Assembly: GCA_964410135.1 (NCBI GenBank)
Contig: CAYPFQ010000001.1
Coordinates: forward strand, 92,373 to 141,847
Direction: 5' to 3'
Origin: an uncultured Candidatus Bathyarchaeia archaeon
GTDB lineage: Archaea; Thermoproteota; Bathyarchaeia; RBG-16-48-13; CAYPFQ01
Length of the DNA stretch: 49,475 bases
Shown: positions 47,088-49,475 of the stretch, in pieces
Layout of the letters: each line of letters begins with the position of its first letter
Numbering within the stretch: position 1 is the stretch's first letter
Made by a program: the position numbers and the translations under genes
The notes under the pieces: model-generated
The model's input: the letters and a program-made list of their open reading frames with translations, nothing else
The model's database searches: none
What the model was told of the DNA's origin: nothing

Positions 47088-48359
47088 CTAAGAATCCTCC
47101 AGAGTTCTAGGGTCCGTGATCCTGCCCGTAGTCGCTGAGGCTGCAGCAGTTGCTGGTGAGCTTAGGTACACATATGCTTTCGGGCTTCCCATCCTCCCAA
47201 TGAAATTCCGGTTAGAAGAACTTACACAAACCTCCCCCGGTGCCAGTAGTCCCATGTGTCCACCTAGGCATGGTCCACATGTGGGATTGCAGACAACCGC
47301 ACCAGCCTTCATGAAAGTGTCAATTAAGCCCTCGTTTAACGCCTGCAAGTAGATTTCCTGTGAGGCAGGGATTACTATTACCCGCACGTCACTCTTCACT
47401 CTTCTTTTTTTGAGAATGCTTGCCGCTGTTCTCAAATCCTCTAGGCGACCATTTGTACAGGATCCGATGAATGCTTGGTCGATCTCCACTTTGCCCACCG
47501 CAGAAATTGGCTTCACATTGTCCACTGAATGAGGACACGCAACTTGGGGCTCTAACGTAGATGCATCCAATTCAAAGGTCTTCTCGTATGCTGCATCGGG
47601 ATCGCTTTTAACTGGATTAAAACAATCCTCAGTCCTGGCCTTAACGTACGCCAAGGTTTTCTTGTCAGGCTCAATGATGCCATTTTTTGCACCCATCTCT
47701 ACAACCATGTTACAAAGGGTAAGTCTGCCGTCAACGCTCATGTTGGTGATGGCTTGACCTGTGAATTCTATGCCCCTATAGATAGCGCCATCAACTTTAA
47801 TCTGTCCGATCAGACGCAGAATCAGATCCTTTGCTGACACTAATTTCTGAAATTTTCCTGCAACATTAATTTTGAAGACTTTTGGAACTCTGAACCAAAT
47901 TTTGCCAGTTGTAAAAACCGCAGCCATTTCTGTAGATCCTATTCCAGTTGCGAAGGCACCTAGGGCTCCGTAGGTGCAGGTGTGAGAGTCAGCTCCGACT
48001 ATAGCGTCCCCAGGTTTAACATAGCCCTTCTCAGGCATTATCTGGTGGCATACCCCACCTTGCCCTACATCGTAAAAATTTTTAATTCCCTGCTCTCTGA
48101 CAAATTCTCGCAGCATCTTATGCAGTTCAGCTGACTTAATCGAGTCCGCTGGAACTTGGTGGTCGAAAACTATGACTACCCTACGGGCGTCCCAAACTTT
48201 TCGCGCCCCGATTTTGTGAAATGATTCAACAGTTAATGGTCCGGTTAGGTCATGAATCATCGCAACGTCTATACTAGCGTCTACAATTTCGCCGGGAACA
48301 ACCTCTTTTTTCTCTGAGGCTCGGGCTAGAATCTTCTCAGTTATATTCATGGTAGTCAC
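47088..48359 (-). CDS. leuC: 3-isopropylmalate dehydratase large subunit
   Basis: FDHQVPADS, DSHTCTYG, GSCTNGR, CGPCLGG. Confidence 0.9.
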   Translation of the reverse strand: MTTMNITEKILARASEKKEVVPGEIVDASIDVAMIHDLTGPLTVESFHKIGARKVWDARRVVIVFDHQVPADSIKSAELHKMLREFVREQGIKNFYDVGQGGVCHQIMPEKGYVKPGDAIVGADSHTCTYGALGAFATGIGSTEMAAVFTTGKIWFRVPKVFKINVAGKFQKLVSAKDLILRLIGQIKVDGAIYRGIEFTGQAITNMSVDGRLTLCNMVVEMGAKNGIIEPDKKTLAYVKARTEDCFNPVKSDPDAAYEKTFELDASTLEPQVACPHSVDNVKPISAVGKVEIDQAFIGSCTNGRLEDLRTAASILKKRRVKSDVRVIVIPASQEIYLQALNEGLIDTFMKAGAVVCNPTCGPCLGGHMGLLAPGEVCVSSSNRNFIGRMGSPKAYVYLSSPATAAASATTGRITDPRTLEDS

Positions 48360-48385
48360 ATCGAAACACTGAAACTCGAGAAATG

Positions 48386-49375
48386 CTATTTTTCTATGCC
48401 AGCAGTTTTTCGGATAAACTTCCCAACTTTTTCGATTTGATGTTTCTCAAGTTCTTGCATGAGCTTGTTGAGGACTGGTCTACCCTTCTTGTTCTCTCGG
48501 ATCCACTCTTTGGCAAATTTTCCATTTTGGACCTTCTTAGCTGCTTTTCGCATGTTCTGCTTTACGCATTCATCGATCACTTTTGGTCCTACTGTTAAGC
48601 CACCATATTTGGCGGTGTCCGACACCGCTTTCAGCATCCCACTGAATCCCTTCTGGTAGATCAGGTCCATGATCAGTTTCGCCTCGTTACATGCCTCGAA
48701 GTATGCGAGTTCTGGCGGATAGCCATTCTCAACAAGGACTTCGAATCCTTTTTTGATGAGTTCTATAAGCCCACCCACTAGTACTGCCTGTTCACCGATT
48801 AGATCGCTTTCAGTCTCATCCTTAAAGGTGGTTTCAAGTACGCCTGCTTTTGTGGATCCGATGGCTTTCGCCATTGCCAAGGCCATGTCTTTTCCTTTGC
48901 CAGATGGATTTTGATACACAGCGATTAATGCGGGTACACCAAATCCTTCACGGTATATTTCCCTCATCCTTGCCCCAGGACTTTTCGGGGCAACCATAAC
49001 CACATCAACATCTTTTGGCGGAACTATCTGCTTGAAGTGAATGTTGAAGCCATGTGAAAATCCTAACACCTTACCCTTTTTAAGGTGTGGTTTTACCTCC
49101 TTGTTGTAGACCTCAGGTTGTGAGGGATCTGGAATTAGTATGTGGATTATATCCGCCTTCTTCGCTGCCTCTGAGATTGGATAGACATCGAATCCGTCAG
49201 CCTTAGCCCTGTTCCAAGACTCTCCATTTGGCCTTAGTCCGATAATGACATTCAGTCCCGAGTCACGCATGTTTTGAGCCTGGGCATGTCCCTGGCTGCC
49301 ATAGCCGATTACGGCGATGGTTTTTTCTTTAAGGACGTCTAGGCTTACGTCCGCATCATAATATACTTTTGTCAT
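48386..49375 (-). CDS. ilvC: Ketol-acid reductoisomerase
   Basis: [31 protein letters not shown]. Confidence 0.95.
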   Translation of the reverse strand: MTKVYYDADVSLDVLKEKTIAVIGYGSQGHAQAQNMRDSGLNVIIGLRPNGESWNRAKADGFDVYPISEAAKKADIIHILIPDPSQPEVYNKEVKPHLKKGKVLGFSHGFNIHFKQIVPPKDVDVVMVAPKSPGARMREIYREGFGVPALIAVYQNPSGKGKDMALAMAKAIGSTKAGVLETTFKDETESDLIGEQAVLVGGLIELIKKGFEVLVENGYPPELAYFEACNEAKLIMDLIYQKGFSGMLKAVSDTAKYGGLTVGPKVIDECVKQNMRKAAKKVQNGKFAKEWIRENKKGRPVLNKLMQELEKHQIEKVGKFIRKTAGIEK

Positions 49376-49377
49376 TT

Positions 49378-49475
49378 TTACGATTCCTCCTCTATCTTAA
49401 CGGCTTTCACTCCTCTGCCGAGGGCTGTGATGCCGGTTCTAGCTATTTCTTTTACACCAAAAGTCTTCATTAAAT
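49378..49475 (-). CDS. ilvH: Acetolactate synthase small subunit, C-terminal end (partial)
   Basis: Manual translation: [31 protein letters not shown], directly upstream of ilvC. Confidence 0.85.
   Translation of the reverse strand, partial: LMKTFGVKEIARTGITALGRGVKAVKIEEES

Noticed and set aside
1-49475. tRNA/rRNA genes, CRISPR arrays, transposases or integrases
   Set aside because: None seen by eye; intergenic regions are short and lack direct-repeat arrays. tRNAscan/Infernal would be needed to exclude small ncRNAs.

Overview
Archaeal chromosomal window of about 45% GC (by eye). It has TATA/BRE-like promoters, GGAGG/GGTG-type RBSs and frequent TTG/GTG starts. The gene set suggests an anaerobic TACK archaeon, possibly Bathyarchaeia-like (inference). 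It is mostly housekeeping metabolism: a LysW-dependent lysine/ornithine cluster (lysWXYZJK; lysW is missing from the ORF track) with a divergent aconitase-family pair and beta-decarboxylating dehydrogenase; argG-argH-carA-carB-lrp; SufC/SufB-like minimal Fe-S assembly; moaE; an Nramp-like transporter; a copper-export locus; the aspartate-semialdehyde sulfurtransferase trio; a Tat-exported Cys-type formate dehydrogenase with an NrfD anchor; a truncated hypF; and ilv/leu genes. The most notable items are: (1) a three-gene operon for a short, apparently hinge-less SMC with Smc5/6-type motifs, a kleisin and an Nse1/Nse3-like KITE; (2) an Arg/Lys-rich upstream ORF whose stop overlaps the lysW start, a candidate leader peptide; (3) unannotated Met-rich and CxxC micro-membrane proteins in the copper locus; (4) a dehydrogenase with NADP-type motifs beside the lysine genes; (5) a sharp strand-composition flip at about 17,110. 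I found no rRNA, tRNA, CRISPR array or transposase by eye. All family assignments come from motif recognition and recalled reference sequences; no database searches were run.
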